IMG/VR virus record: IMGVR_UViG_3300048881_000698
Span: 32,001 to 96,000 of that record
From: a virus
Lineage: Duplodnaviria > Caudoviricetes
DNA: 64,000 nt
Reading direction: 5' to 3' (one strand)
The notes below the pieces were generated by a model that was not told the origin of the DNA, searched no databases, and worked only from the letters and a program-made list of their open reading frames with translations. The translations under genes and the position numbers were made by a program. This document shows, piece by piece, positions 17,319-27,402 of this stretch (position 1 is its first letter; each line of letters opens with the position of its first letter).

Positions 17319-20084
17319 TTAATTTTCAAGTTTAGCTTCTAATTCTGCAACTTTGGCAGACAATTCTTGGACTGCTTTAATGAGCGGGATTACAAGCTTG
17401 GTATATTCTAGCCGTTGTCTTGTAGTTGCTTCTTCTTCTGACCATGCTGAGAATGTAACACCCATGTTATCTATTACCGACTTAACTTCTTGAGCTAGCA
17501 ATCCGTCCTGAACTGTGACAGGGTCCGGAGGGCGGGGACCGTCTTTGGGCACACCAAACTCATCTGGATAATCGAACTCATTTTTAGATACATACTTTAT
17601 AGGTCTTAGTGCATTGACAAAATCAAGGCCCAAATCAGTATCAGTGATATTTTTCTTCATTCTTTCATCTGAGTCGGTAGATATTGTACCACCGCCACTA
17701 GAAAAATCAAATGTAAGAGAGTTAGCGGCGTCGCCAATTTTTAACAGGTCACTGGCATTCGTAACAACTCCATTTCCGATAGCTATTTGATTGAGGTGAG
17801 TAGCAGTTGTACAATCGGTGTTGTAACCAACCATAACATTCCCAGTGCCAGTTGTGATGGTGTTGCCTGCATTAGCTCCAATAAGAGTGTTGTATGTGGC
17901 AGTGGTTATCATACTTTCACCAGCACTTCGACCTACAGCAGTATTATCATCGCCATCGAGATAATTATCAGCATCGTCGCGATCACCCTGACCAGCATTG
18001 TCTCCGATAAATGTGTTACCTGAGCCTAATTCCATGGCTTCGCCTGCACGATTTCCAACAAGGGTGTTCTTAACTCCGTCAGAGGTAGTATAGAGGCCAT
18101 TAACTCGAAGGCCGGCCATATAGCCGATGCCTATGTTCTTGCCTCTCATGCTCCAATACGAAAATTGACCTACTGCGACGCCAGTGGGTATATCATCTAC
18201 GTTAGCAGTGCCAGCAAAACCATCACCAGGTGTATCCAGCCACAAATATACATCCGCACTGTAAGCCTCAGCTGTTATGGTACTTGCGCATGATCCAGCG
18301 TTAATGGCCGCGGCGAGGCGTGTAGCTACGTCATTGTTGGAATTCGGAGTGTCAATACCAATCCTATTGCCTGTTCCCACAGTGTCAGTATCTGTTTCAA
18401 ACAAGAACGCATGGGCAGTGCCAGCATAATCGTAAAGCGTAAAGCCGTCGTTGGGCGATGAGTTAGTGCCTACGATTGATCCGTGTGCGCTCACTGTAAT
18501 TGTTGCAAAAGCAAAATCACCTATAGTCATACTTGAAAGAGCTTGTGCTCCAATTGCAATATTGTTGTCAGCGCTAATGAGACTCTGGAGTGCGTTTGGG
18601 CCTATGGCAATATTATTATTACCATTTGTTAGATTTTGTAGAGCATTCGCTCCAATGGCAACTGTGCCATCACAAACGGAAACCATGTTTGCTGCACCAG
18701 CGTTGGATCCTATTATAACGGCGTCGTCGACAGTAGTTGTAGCTCCGCCTGCACCTGCCCCAACAAACACATTATCTGTCCCAGTTAAAAGAGCATCGCC
18801 GGCCAAAGAACCAATTGCGGTATTTTTTACATTACCTGTAACGCCTGTTTGGGCAGTTAAAGCTTGATATCCAACGGCTGTATTGTGATCGCCATCATCT
18901 TCTGATTTCAGTGCTTGATATCCAACCGCTGTGTTTTTTTCACCCGATGTAATAGCTGCTCCAGCAAAGGCCCCAACAGCAGTAGTTCCGGCGGCGGCGA
19001 CCGTTCTGGTTGCCGCGGAGGCGCCTAAACCGATTGCAACGTTAGTACCATCAGCCTGCAGAACAGGGGCAGCATTACCTGTTCCATCTTTCGAAACAAT
19101 ATCCAAAATAGTAGGGGCAGAATACCCAGTTTTACCAACAATCGTATTCGACGCGGCTCTGTCAATAGTGAAGTAATCAGTGGCCACAGTAGCCACTGTG
19201 TATACTTCTAGCGCCTCATCGGCACCAGTAGGAAGTGCGACAAGATCACTAGCTGAAAGGCCATGACCAACTGACGTGACCAGTGTTGCATCCAAAATAG
19301 ACGGCGTATCAATAACATAAGTTCCTTGACTCTCTGATGCATCGTGATGATCCGCGACGAATTTAAGTTCGTAAGGAGAGCCAGTAGCAGATGACGCGCT
19401 GGGTCCGCCGGTAGTTAAATTTGACGGTGTCTTAAAATAGCCCGAAACTGCGGTACGAGATGTTGCGGAGGCGGCGGTGATGGGTGGATTGGGGGCTGGG
19501 TCCGCGTTGGGTGGCCAACCGTTGATGTCGACAATGCCGCCGGCGAAAGACATTGCGAAGGTAATCGATGAATCGTCCGCTTGAGCAAAGGGAGCGGTCT
19601 CGGCGACAAAACAACTAAATTTATACCAAGTACTGGCTTGCAAATCTGTAGTATTCGCAGCGTTAGCAACTGCTATGGTTTGCGAAGCATACGAATAACC
19701 AGCGTCTACCGGGTCTTCTGGGTCTTCTGGGTCACAGTCGTCATTCCATGTAAACGTAAGTGTAGAAGGGTTAGGAGTGGTGTTAATCACCCACATAGGT
19801 ACCGCATCGTCACAGGTTGATTCAGTAATAGTAATTGCGCCAGTTTCGAAATTGCCTCCGAGAGTTACAGCTCCGATAGTCCACCCGGCAGAAAAATCAG
19901 TATTGGCCATAGTTTCAGTCGTAATGACAGTACACGGATTGCTAAGAGCAGTACCTCCACGAACGCCTTTAAGGTAGGTTGCGTCGCCTCCTAAGTGTAA
20001 GTCTCCAGCAACTTTCACCTCATCTGCTGTAGTATCGCCAAAAGTTACATCACCTGACGTTCCTGGCCCTGATCTATATCCCAT
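17319..20084 (-). CDS. Tail fibre/spike with C-terminal peptidase S74 intramolecular chaperone
   Basis: NTAVGYQAL/NIAIG repeats; SDERMKKNI...GLLAQEV...LIKAVQELSAKV. Confidence 0.88.
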   Translation of the reverse strand: MGYRSGPGTSGDVTFGDTTADEVKVAGDLHLGGDATYLKGVRGGTALSNPCTVITTETMANTDFSAGWTIGAVTLGGNFETGAITITESTCDDAVPMWVINTTPNPSTLTFTWNDDCDPEDPEDPVDAGYSYASQTIAVANAANTTDLQASTWYKFSCFVAETAPFAQADDSSITFAMSFAGGIVDINGWPPNADPAPNPPITAASATSRTAVSGYFKTPSNLTTGGPSASSATGSPYELKFVADHHDASESQGTYVIDTPSILDATLVTSVGHGLSASDLVALPTGADEALEVYTVATVATDYFTIDRAASNTIVGKTGYSAPTILDIVSKDGTGNAAPVLQADGTNVAIGLGASAATRTVAAAGTTAVGAFAGAAITSGEKNTAVGYQALKSEDDGDHNTAVGYQALTAQTGVTGNVKNTAIGSLAGDALLTGTDNVFVGAGAGGATTTVDDAVIIGSNAGAANMVSVCDGTVAIGANALQNLTNGNNNIAIGPNALQSLISADNNIAIGAQALSSMTIGDFAFATITVSAHGSIVGTNSSPNDGFTLYDYAGTAHAFLFETDTDTVGTGNRIGIDTPNSNNDVATRLAAAINAGSCASTITAEAYSADVYLWLDTPGDGFAGTANVDDIPTGVAVGQFSYWSMRGKNIGIGYMAGLRVNGLYTTSDGVKNTLVGNRAGEAMELGSGNTFIGDNAGQGDRDDADNYLDGDDNTAVGRSAGESMITTATYNTLIGANAGNTITTGTGNVMVGYNTDCTTATHLNQIAIGNGVVTNASDLLKIGDAANSLTFDFSSGGGTISTDSDERMKKNITDTDLGLDFVNALRPIKYVSKNEFDYPDEFGVPKDGPRPPDPVTVQDGLLAQEVKSVIDNMGVTFSAWSEEEATTRQRLEYTKLVIPLIKAVQELSAKVAELEAKLEN

Positions 20085-20172
20085 TTTAAATTCTCCTAAA
20101 TTCGATCACTAATAAATAGTCCGACGTCCAAACAAAAGACACAACTAACTAATCAGTGATGTTATATTATTT

Positions 20173-21066
20173 TCACTCTTCGCCGATCTTATTAAACTCA
20201 TGATAAGATAAGATTCCCTTAGATGGTCTTCGAATTTCTTCCTTGTTTTTCGAAGCTAAAAACTCACAATAGCCATCCCAACTATCGATGTTATGGTACC
20301 AGGGAATTTTCGCTAAATACTTGTCTTCTAATTTTAATGGCTCAAAAATTTCGTTCAAAGTAAAAAACCTTGCTGAGTATCTCTGTTCAACTGGATATTT
20401 CTTTCTTGGTAGGCCGTCTTCGTTAAGTTCTGAAGTGAAGAGGCCAGTGGCTTTGTTTCGAAGTTGTTTTCTTAGTTCTAAAAATTCCTCACTGTTAAAT
20501 GTGAATCCTAAATATTCACCATCCTTAACAGTTTTATCGTCGTGAGACAAATAAAATCCTTTTTTACTGGAGATTGTATCTCTATGTTCTCGCAAAAACT
20601 CTACAGGGTAAACGCCATACGGAAAAGCGACATAATATCTATCAGGTGTAACCCATTTACTAATTTGCAGGCCTACGTTATATGAAGACTGTGCGCCATA
20701 TAATATACTCCAAGACAAACAGTCCCTTCTGTCTCTATCTTTTGGATGGACAGGGGCATAAAAGATTGGGACTTGTTTTTTATTTTCTGATGGTCTTATA
20801 TCCTTTATACGAGAAACCCAAACAGGATCGTTAACATAGTCACCCAACCTGTACCTTATTAACGGTTGCATATCATCATGACAAATGATCCAAATTGTTT
20901 CGCAGCCAGCATATGCGCACTCAATAACGGCCCTTTCAATTGCTAAATAATTCGCCGATATAGGCATACAGCAATCATGCCATGGCAAATTAAAATCTAA
21001 TTTTTGACCTGCTACTGGTATTATCCCTGCTAAGTGAAAATAGTTTTTATTCTTCTTTGAATCCAT
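20173..21066 (-). CDS. Sugar-phosphate nucleotidyltransferase-fold protein, degenerate
   Basis: GIIPVAG...MPIS...AGCETIWII; canonical GxGTR is absent. Confidence 0.55.
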   Translation of the reverse strand: MDSKKNKNYFHLAGIIPVAGQKLDFNLPWHDCCMPISANYLAIERAVIECAYAGCETIWIICHDDMQPLIRYRLGDYVNDPVWVSRIKDIRPSENKKQVPIFYAPVHPKDRDRRDCLSWSILYGAQSSYNVGLQISKWVTPDRYYVAFPYGVYPVEFLREHRDTISSKKGFYLSHDDKTVKDGEYLGFTFNSEEFLELRKQLRNKATGLFTSELNEDGLPRKKYPVEQRYSARFFTLNEIFEPLKLEDKYLAKIPWYHNIDSWDGYCEFLASKNKEEIRRPSKGILSYHEFNKIGEE

Positions 21067-21970
21067 CTTTTAAAATTGTTTTGCTCAATTTAAAACAGTA
21101 GTCATTAACCAAGCAATCTTCGTCACTCACAACTTGTTCATCTGTTCTGTAGTCAAAAATCAAATTTTCTTTATTTTCATACTGATTCAGTAGACGAAGT
21201 TTTCTTAATTCTCTTTTTTTAGGTTTTATGTTTAAGGCATAATATTTATATTGATCTGGGCGCAGGACGTCCCTGCCATTTCTTGCGCCTTTTATTCCTG
21301 CGCGTTTCATCATCTTCAAAATCTTAAACCTGGCCATGGTATCAGAAAAATCATGATCATTCAACTGCTGCTCGTCCAGATAAGAAACGGATACAAGATC
21401 TTTCTTATTTGACTTGCCGTCGATTCTTACAGAGGGATAAAAGTATACTTCTCTAACAAAATCAATTGAAGATTTTAGAAAATCATATGGATGGACCATT
21501 CCAGACTTGACATCAATCCAATCAATAACTTTGTATTTTTTGCCTCCCTTCAATGGCTGGTCTAGGCCAAGAATGTTTTCGTCATCAAAAATTCTTAACT
21601 TGTCAAACTTCATGGAGATAGATTTAAAGTCTTGTGTCATAGCCCTAATAAAATTTTTGTCAACTCTTATGGACGCCGCGCAGGTTGATAACGGCGATAA
21701 GCCTGCTAACGAATGCACAAATAGAAGTCGCTTCCAAAGTTCAGATTTCGATGCGCCTACTTGCTTGTCTTCTTTAAGTCCTTTTAAATTTCTTTCCACA
21801 TTCTTATAAAAGAGGTGAGCCAGTTCCAGGCCGGGTGGAAATGACTCAAAAAAAAACGGGCTTTTAAAAGTGTTAAAAACCAAAGGCTTTGAATTCAAAT
21901 AAGAATATGCCAAGGCGTTTAAACCGCTGCCAACCACCAACTCATCATATTCATACGCATGATTATTCAT
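21047..21970 (-). CDS. Protein with an FAD/NAD Rossmann-like N-terminus
   Basis: YDELVVGSGLNAL. Confidence 0.45.
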   Translation of the reverse strand: MNNHAYEYDELVVGSGLNALAYSYLNSKPLVFNTFKSPFFFESFPPGLELAHLFYKNVERNLKGLKEDKQVGASKSELWKRLLFVHSLAGLSPLSTCAASIRVDKNFIRAMTQDFKSISMKFDKLRIFDDENILGLDQPLKGGKKYKVIDWIDVKSGMVHPYDFLKSSIDFVREVYFYPSVRIDGKSNKKDLVSVSYLDEQQLNDHDFSDTMARFKILKMMKRAGIKGARNGRDVLRPDQYKYYALNIKPKKRELRKLRLLNQYENKENLIFDYRTDEQVVSDEDCLVNDYCFKLSKTILKDGFKEE

Positions 21971-22487
21971 AAAGCATACACCCGGGCACCTCTTCTTCTT
22001 CGTATTTCCGTAGGAGTTTCACTTCTTTTTTTATCTTCTTTGCATACCTTAAAACTTTTTTAGCGTACGCGACACCTCGTGGATAGGGGCTTTTCCCCTT
22101 ACATCGAAAACCAGCATTATACCCACACAGCGCAGTTTTATACCTTTTTTTACCGTACTTGTGAAACCAATATGCCAGAATTTTAGCACCTCTTCTAATG
22201 CTGATTTCAGGTTCAAAAAGTTGTTGACAAGTTAGTCGCTTGCCAATACTTCTTTTTCTGTCGGTAGACCAACGCGGCATAATTTGAGTTAGACCGCAGG
22301 CGCCGGACCTGCTAACCGCCTTTGGAGACCACCTGCTTTCAACATAGATTAATGCAACAAAAATAGCTGGATCTATTTCACTCTGCTCAGCCGCTTCTAC
22401 TACTGTGTGCATGTGGTAACATGCAAAATCTGCATTTGGCATACCGACTGAAAGTACGGCCATGCAAAGTAATTCTGCTAATGACAT
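21963..22487 (-). CDS. SLT-family lytic transglycosylase, candidate endolysin
   Basis: ALIYVESRW, SGACGLTQIMP, ALCGYNAG; hydrophobic N-terminus. Confidence 0.9.
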   Translation of the reverse strand: MSLAELLCMAVLSVGMPNADFACYHMHTVVEAAEQSEIDPAIFVALIYVESRWSPKAVSRSGACGLTQIMPRWSTDRKRSIGKRLTCQQLFEPEISIRRGAKILAYWFHKYGKKRYKTALCGYNAGFRCKGKSPYPRGVAYAKKVLRYAKKIKKEVKLLRKYEEEEVPGCMLYE

Positions 22488-22506
22488 TATAACCTCTTTT
22501 TATTTT

Positions 22507-23274
22507 TTAGACTAGTGAATTGTACGAATCTACTAACTTTTTAAGTCTTCGTACGTTTTCTCTCATAATACACCTGTGATGCCAGTAGTATTTTTTAGAT
22601 GCATTCGGAACAGCCAATTTCTTTTTTCTTTCTTCTATCTTCTGTAAAAGCTCCTTAGCCAAAAGTGTTTTCGGAACACTTTCCTTTAGCAATATCTCAT
22701 CTACACTACCCGCATCAAGTTCAAATTCCCAATTTTCATCAAAAAATGGAATTACAAATTTTCTTCCTGCTTTTTCACTATAATAATCTTTCTTCGCTTG
22801 CACATCTTCTACTTCACCTTCTCCATGTTCGTGAGTTCCAACCAGCACAACATCCCTTGCGTCCTGTACTTGGCCGTTTTCAAGATATTGAAATACCATC
22901 TTGACGTCGTTTTCTTCGCTTTCAGGTTTAGACCCCCAAATCACAGCATCTTGGCCATATTGTTGACCTAGCTCTACAACATTAGACTTGCTCATGTTGG
23001 GTACCAAAAAGGATCTTTCGAAGTTACCAAACTTTCCTTTAATTTTTATGGGACCATAGCCAGCGGTCTTTAAATCTCTGAACAACTCCTTGTTTCGCTG
23101 GTTATTTTCATCACGGGGCAATTGTTCTGAATTAGGATTCCAGGCCGTCATGATTCCCACTTCATCAACTTGCGGCACCATACCTAAAAGCATTCTGTGT
23201 ACTCTCAAAAACCCACCTTCATTTAATTGTCGTTTGACCATCTTTCTTATAAGATGTTTCGTTTTTTTATTCAT
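22507..23274 (-). CDS. DUF3293-like protein
   Basis: IMTAWNP...ENNQRNKEL...ERSFLV...LGQQYGQDAVIW. Confidence 0.6.
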   Translation of the reverse strand: MNKKTKHLIRKMVKRQLNEGGFLRVHRMLLGMVPQVDEVGIMTAWNPNSEQLPRDENNQRNKELFRDLKTAGYGPIKIKGKFGNFERSFLVPNMSKSNVVELGQQYGQDAVIWGSKPESEENDVKMVFQYLENGQVQDARDVVLVGTHEHGEGEVEDVQAKKDYYSEKAGRKFVIPFFDENWEFELDAGSVDEILLKESVPKTLLAKELLQKIEERKKKLAVPNASKKYYWHHRCIMRENVRRLKKLVDSYNSLV

Positions 23275-23555
23275 CTATTAGTTAAAACTCCGTAAACATA
23301 GTTCTCTAATACTAAATAGAACTCATTTTCGCCAATTTCAAATTTTTGAACCATAGAATTTTCAACTATAATTTTGTCACCCCTACCAATATTAATTGTA
23401 CAAGTAGGCGAACTCTCTAGCACTTTAACAACGGTATAAGATTTTTCTTCTTTTTTATAGGACTCAGGTAAAAGCACATTCGATTTAGGCTCTTCTTGTG
23501 TGCTGTCATCAATTATCTCTACCACAATGTGACGATTTCTTGGACTGATTCTCAT
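23271..23555 (-). CDS. GroES-like co-chaperonin
   Basis: MRISPRNRHIVVE...NVLLP...VKVL...GDKII...FYLVLENYVYGVL; AGGAGG before the ATG at 23555. Confidence 0.75.
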   Translation of the reverse strand: MRISPRNRHIVVEIIDDSTQEEPKSNVLLPESYKKEEKSYTVVKVLESSPTCTINIGRGDKIIVENSMVQKFEIGENEFYLVLENYVYGVLTNR

Positions 23556-23565
23556 AATACCTCCT

Positions 23566-26016
23566 TTATCCGCATTTGGCATAGCCGCATGATTGGCATG
23601 TCACGCAGCCATCCTGGTATATCAAACCTATCTCTGTGCTACAATCTGGACAGATTTTATCCGAATATACTTTTTCTCCATTTTTGATATAGCTTTTAAG
23701 AATTCTTGCAATACAACGAGAGAAACTAAAAAGATCGCTGTCTTTGTCTTTCTGAAGTTGTTCCACTAAAAAACTTGGCTTAGATCCGTGACGAAGAGCG
23801 AGAGAAATGATTCTGGTAAAAGCGGAATTGTTTGGGTTGTCAAAAACCTTAACGATATCTCTTATAAGCACTTCATCTCCATTGTCACCAAATCGCAAAT
23901 CATAGCGATTATTTCTTGTCTTAAATTTAGTTTTTGATAAATGCCCTTGTGTGTGGCGTTTCGGAATTTCGATCAAATTAGACAAGCCGCCCATAACTTC
24001 ATATGGCTTTTCATCAAGTTTCCCAACTAGAATCGTCCATTTTTCTCCTTGAATTGTGGTATGATGAATATCACATTCTAATTCCTCGGGTCTATCCGGA
24101 GCCAAATTTTGCGGAAACGGTTCTCCACTCCTTTCAGAGTCCGTGACTAGTACACCAGATCTCGAACCATCAACATATACCGTAACGCCCTTCAAGCCCA
24201 GCTTCCACGCCAAAAAGTAAAGCTCAGCAACAACTTCAGGTTCTGTACCTTTCGGCAAATTAATAGTAGAACTAATAGAATGATCTATATTGCGCTGAAT
24301 TGCTGCCTGTACCGCTATTCTGCGTTTCCAGTCAATCTGATCGCTCGTGACAAAAAATTCTGGTAGACTATCCGATGAATTTGTCCTGCTCGAGCCAATT
24401 ACTTCTAACCAATTTTTAACATTGTGGTGGAATACCTTATATTCCAGCCATTGATCTCCAAGTTCATCGACGTAATCTGGATTAACATCTTGTTCGTTGT
24501 GAGAAAGTTTGCGCCTTCGTATATAAAAGTTTCTGAACACAGGCTCAAGGCCTGAACTTGTTTGAGACATAATAGAGACAGAGCCAGTAGGAGCGTTTGT
24601 CAAGATAGAAATATTGCGTCTTCCGAATCTGGAAATTTTGTCCCGCAAAATTTTCGGCAATCTCGAAATATAAGAATTCGATTTCTCTGTGGGCCAGTCA
24701 AACACCGGGAATGTGCCTCTTTCCTTTGCCAAGTCGACGCTTTCAGTGTAAGCGGCATTTCTTATCGTTTCGTAAATCTTTTCAATTATTTTTATAGCAT
24801 CTTCAGAATCATAACGAAGATTCAAACACGCAATTGCATCGGCCAAGCCATGAGTTCCCAAGCCAGTTCTCCTGCCATTTTGACAGGCCTTTAAAAGGTT
24901 TTTCCATAATGCTTTCTCGTCTCGCGTATCACAAGTTTTAATAATTTTCTCGAGTTTTTCAATTTCAAGCTCAACAAGATCATCCGACAGTCTCATCGCT
25001 TGTGTCGCAACGTTGGACAGTTTAAGAAAATCAAATTTTGAATTTTTAAAAGGATTAACAACAAAATTTTTGAGATTGATAGAGATCAAGCGACAACTAT
25101 CATAAGCAGACAAGGGAATTTCACCGCAAGGATTAGTTGTTAAAGTTTTAAAACCAGCATCTGCATAGCACTCAGCTGGGAGTTCTTTAGTAATATTATC
25201 CCACATCATGAGTCCGGGTTCCGCAGTTTTAGTTGCTGATTCGACTATGGTTTCCCATAGTTCTTCTGCTTGAATTTCTTTTGTGATAGTTGGAGAGTCG
25301 GAGCCAACAGGAAACTGCAAAGTGAACGCATGTTTGTTCTCAACCGCTTTCATGAACTCATCACTTATTTTAACAGATATGTTCGCGCCCGTAACCTTTC
25401 TTAAATCATGTTTCATGGTAACAAATTGTTCAATGTCTGGATGTCTTACATCCATTGTGATCATCAATGCGCCGCGTCTTCCATTCTGCCCGATCATACG
25501 GCAAATATAAGAATAAAAATCAGCAAAAGACCATGCACCAGTCGTCGTTCCTGCAGAGTTGTTAACAGCTGTGCCATCTGGACGAAGGTTCGAAACATCC
25601 ACGCCCACACCACAACGACGTTTGAATAGATTAGCTAATTCTTTACCGGAGTCTACGATAGAAGAGATGTTATCTTCTGGTGATGCGACAACAACACAGT
25701 TTGATAATGATACATTGACATGGTCATTACCAACACCCATCATGGGCGAACCTTGAGGAACTACATATTTAAAGTCTTTAAATAATTTATAAATTTCCTC
25801 TTCGGAAAGCTTTCTACTACCGCCGAACTTTTTTTCAACCCTTGCAAATTCCTTTGCCAATCTTTTATGCATGTCATCAGGAGTTTTTTCTAACAACTCC
25901 CCTTTCTTATTCTTCAACGCATACTTAGTGACCCACACGTTCGTCGCGAGATCATCACCATTAAAATATTCTAAAGTCGCTTTCTCTACCTCTTCTTCAG
26001 CGTACACCATCTTCAT
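23566..26016 (-). CDS. nrdJ: Class II (adenosylcobalamin-dependent) ribonucleotide reductase
   Basis: LSNCVV, GRRGALM, TNPCGE, APTGSVS, ISSTINLP, KGVTVYVDGSR, C-terminal CPDC...CQSCG; no small-subunit gene nearby. Confidence 0.9.
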   Translation of the reverse strand: MKMVYAEEEVEKATLEYFNGDDLATNVWVTKYALKNKKGELLEKTPDDMHKRLAKEFARVEKKFGGSRKLSEEEIYKLFKDFKYVVPQGSPMMGVGNDHVNVSLSNCVVVASPEDNISSIVDSGKELANLFKRRCGVGVDVSNLRPDGTAVNNSAGTTTGAWSFADFYSYICRMIGQNGRRGALMITMDVRHPDIEQFVTMKHDLRKVTGANISVKISDEFMKAVENKHAFTLQFPVGSDSPTITKEIQAEELWETIVESATKTAEPGLMMWDNITKELPAECYADAGFKTLTTNPCGEIPLSAYDSCRLISINLKNFVVNPFKNSKFDFLKLSNVATQAMRLSDDLVELEIEKLEKIIKTCDTRDEKALWKNLLKACQNGRRTGLGTHGLADAIACLNLRYDSEDAIKIIEKIYETIRNAAYTESVDLAKERGTFPVFDWPTEKSNSYISRLPKILRDKISRFGRRNISILTNAPTGSVSIMSQTSSGLEPVFRNFYIRRRKLSHNEQDVNPDYVDELGDQWLEYKVFHHNVKNWLEVIGSSRTNSSDSLPEFFVTSDQIDWKRRIAVQAAIQRNIDHSISSTINLPKGTEPEVVAELYFLAWKLGLKGVTVYVDGSRSGVLVTDSERSGEPFPQNLAPDRPEELECDIHHTTIQGEKWTILVGKLDEKPYEVMGGLSNLIEIPKRHTQGHLSKTKFKTRNNRYDLRFGDNGDEVLIRDIVKVFDNPNNSAFTRIISLALRHGSKPSFLVEQLQKDKDSDLFSFSRCIARILKSYIKNGEKVYSDKICPDCSTEIGLIYQDGCVTCQSCGYAKCG

Positions 26017-27379
26017 TCCTTTTTTTAAATTTTTTATATTTTTCTTCTAAAGATTTTTTTTGCTCAGACACAGTTTTCACAATACTTCTTATCTCATCAC
26101 TCTCTTGTTTCAACACATCAATAAAAACGGCAGAGGTGTTCATCGCTAGGGGGAATTCGATCCCGTCTGGCCCGTTTCTGTTTTTCGCAACAAACATTCT
26201 GCCGTTGTTGGTTTTTTTGTCGTTAACTGTTCTAGAAATAGTAAAAATAAAATCAGCAATAAAGCACTTGTTAAAGGCTTCTGAAATAGATTCCATTGTA
26301 ACTACCTCTGCATTTAAACCAGACCTATTGGTTTGAGAAGCCGTCCACACAGGGCACTCATGTGTCTGTGCGATAGCACGAAGGTCTTCATAAATAGTCT
26401 CTAGTTCGTGTCTTTTTTCCTTCCTAACTACAGAAGGTCGTAATAAATCTCCGTAGTCAACAATAATAAGATCTATATCGTATCCACGTTGCTTTAATCT
26501 TTCCAAATGATTCTTAATAGTTCCGGGCGATGCAGACTTTGTTGGGTACTCTTTAATGATCAAACTTGCGTCTAGACTTTTAATTTTTCCATAAATATGT
26601 TCTTTAAACATGTGAAGATCTTTTAGCTCCACCTTCGTGAGGCAACTGTCATATCTAGAAGCGATAGTGGTTGAGCATAATTCTAATGTATAGTGTACTA
26701 CGTTTTTACCCTTTTTTATAGCCTGGGTTCCTAAATGTACAAGCGCCATTGATTTTCCTACTCCTGTCGGAGCAATCACAACACCTAATTCACCTTTACC
26801 TAACCCACCGTCGCATATGTCATCGATTCTCTTCCACCCCGTGGTCATCGGATCTCGTGGTTTTCGCACCCATCTCTCTTCAAAATCCTTAAGATAATCA
26901 TACCCAAAATCATTGTCTAATCCTAGTTTGAGCGCTTCATTTATGATGTGCGCTATTTCATCAAAGGAAGATGTCTGCAGAAGCTTAACGCTTTGCAGCA
27001 TAGCTTCTTTAAGCTTTTGCTTCTTACAAAAATCCAAAGATGTCTTTTTAATAAATTCCGCATCGTCGTTTGGAATCTCTGATTTGTAAATTCTGGTAAA
27101 GAAATCTCTTGTTTGCTTTTGAGTGACAGCAGTTTCATCTTCTAAATCTGACCTAAGAATTGTAGCTAAAGTTTTGTAAGAAGGGTGAGTTCCGAATTCT
27201 TCTTTGTAAGCAAGCACTTTATCAATGAACACTCTAAGAAATTTAAGTTCTAAAAACTCTACATCAAATATTTCTATCATCTGATCGCAAAAGGTACGAT
27301 CAGTCAACATGTGTTGGCACAATTTCTCTTGAAAGTCTTTTCCGAACTTTGAAAAATTTGCCTTCTCGCTTGGTAACAT
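25997..27379 (-). CDS. DnaB-like replicative helicase (gp41-like)
   Basis: Walker A APTGVGKS, YTLE, IIVDYGDL, WTASQTNR, AKNRNG; start MLPSEK at 27379, downstream of the tRNA. Confidence 0.93.
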   Translation of the reverse strand: MLPSEKANFSKFGKDFQEKLCQHMLTDRTFCDQMIEIFDVEFLELKFLRVFIDKVLAYKEEFGTHPSYKTLATILRSDLEDETAVTQKQTRDFFTRIYKSEIPNDDAEFIKKTSLDFCKKQKLKEAMLQSVKLLQTSSFDEIAHIINEALKLGLDNDFGYDYLKDFEERWVRKPRDPMTTGWKRIDDICDGGLGKGELGVVIAPTGVGKSMALVHLGTQAIKKGKNVVHYTLELCSTTIASRYDSCLTKVELKDLHMFKEHIYGKIKSLDASLIIKEYPTKSASPGTIKNHLERLKQRGYDIDLIIVDYGDLLRPSVVRKEKRHELETIYEDLRAIAQTHECPVWTASQTNRSGLNAEVVTMESISEAFNKCFIADFIFTISRTVNDKKTNNGRMFVAKNRNGPDGIEFPLAMNTSAVFIDVLKQESDEIRSIVKTVSEQKKSLEEKYKKFKKRNEDGVR

Positions 27380-27402
27380 TATCCCTCTGTTTAAGTTTGT
27401 GC

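Noticed and set aside
26391-26398. ACTATTTA copy inside the helicase gene
   Set aside because: It is intragenic and far from a start codon; chance occurrences are expected in AT-rich DNA.
13827-27379. Inteins or self-splicing introns in dnaE, nrdJ, helicase (and terminase)
   Set aside because: The ORFs are continuous and of normal length; I saw no intein splice motifs or homing endonuclease inserts.
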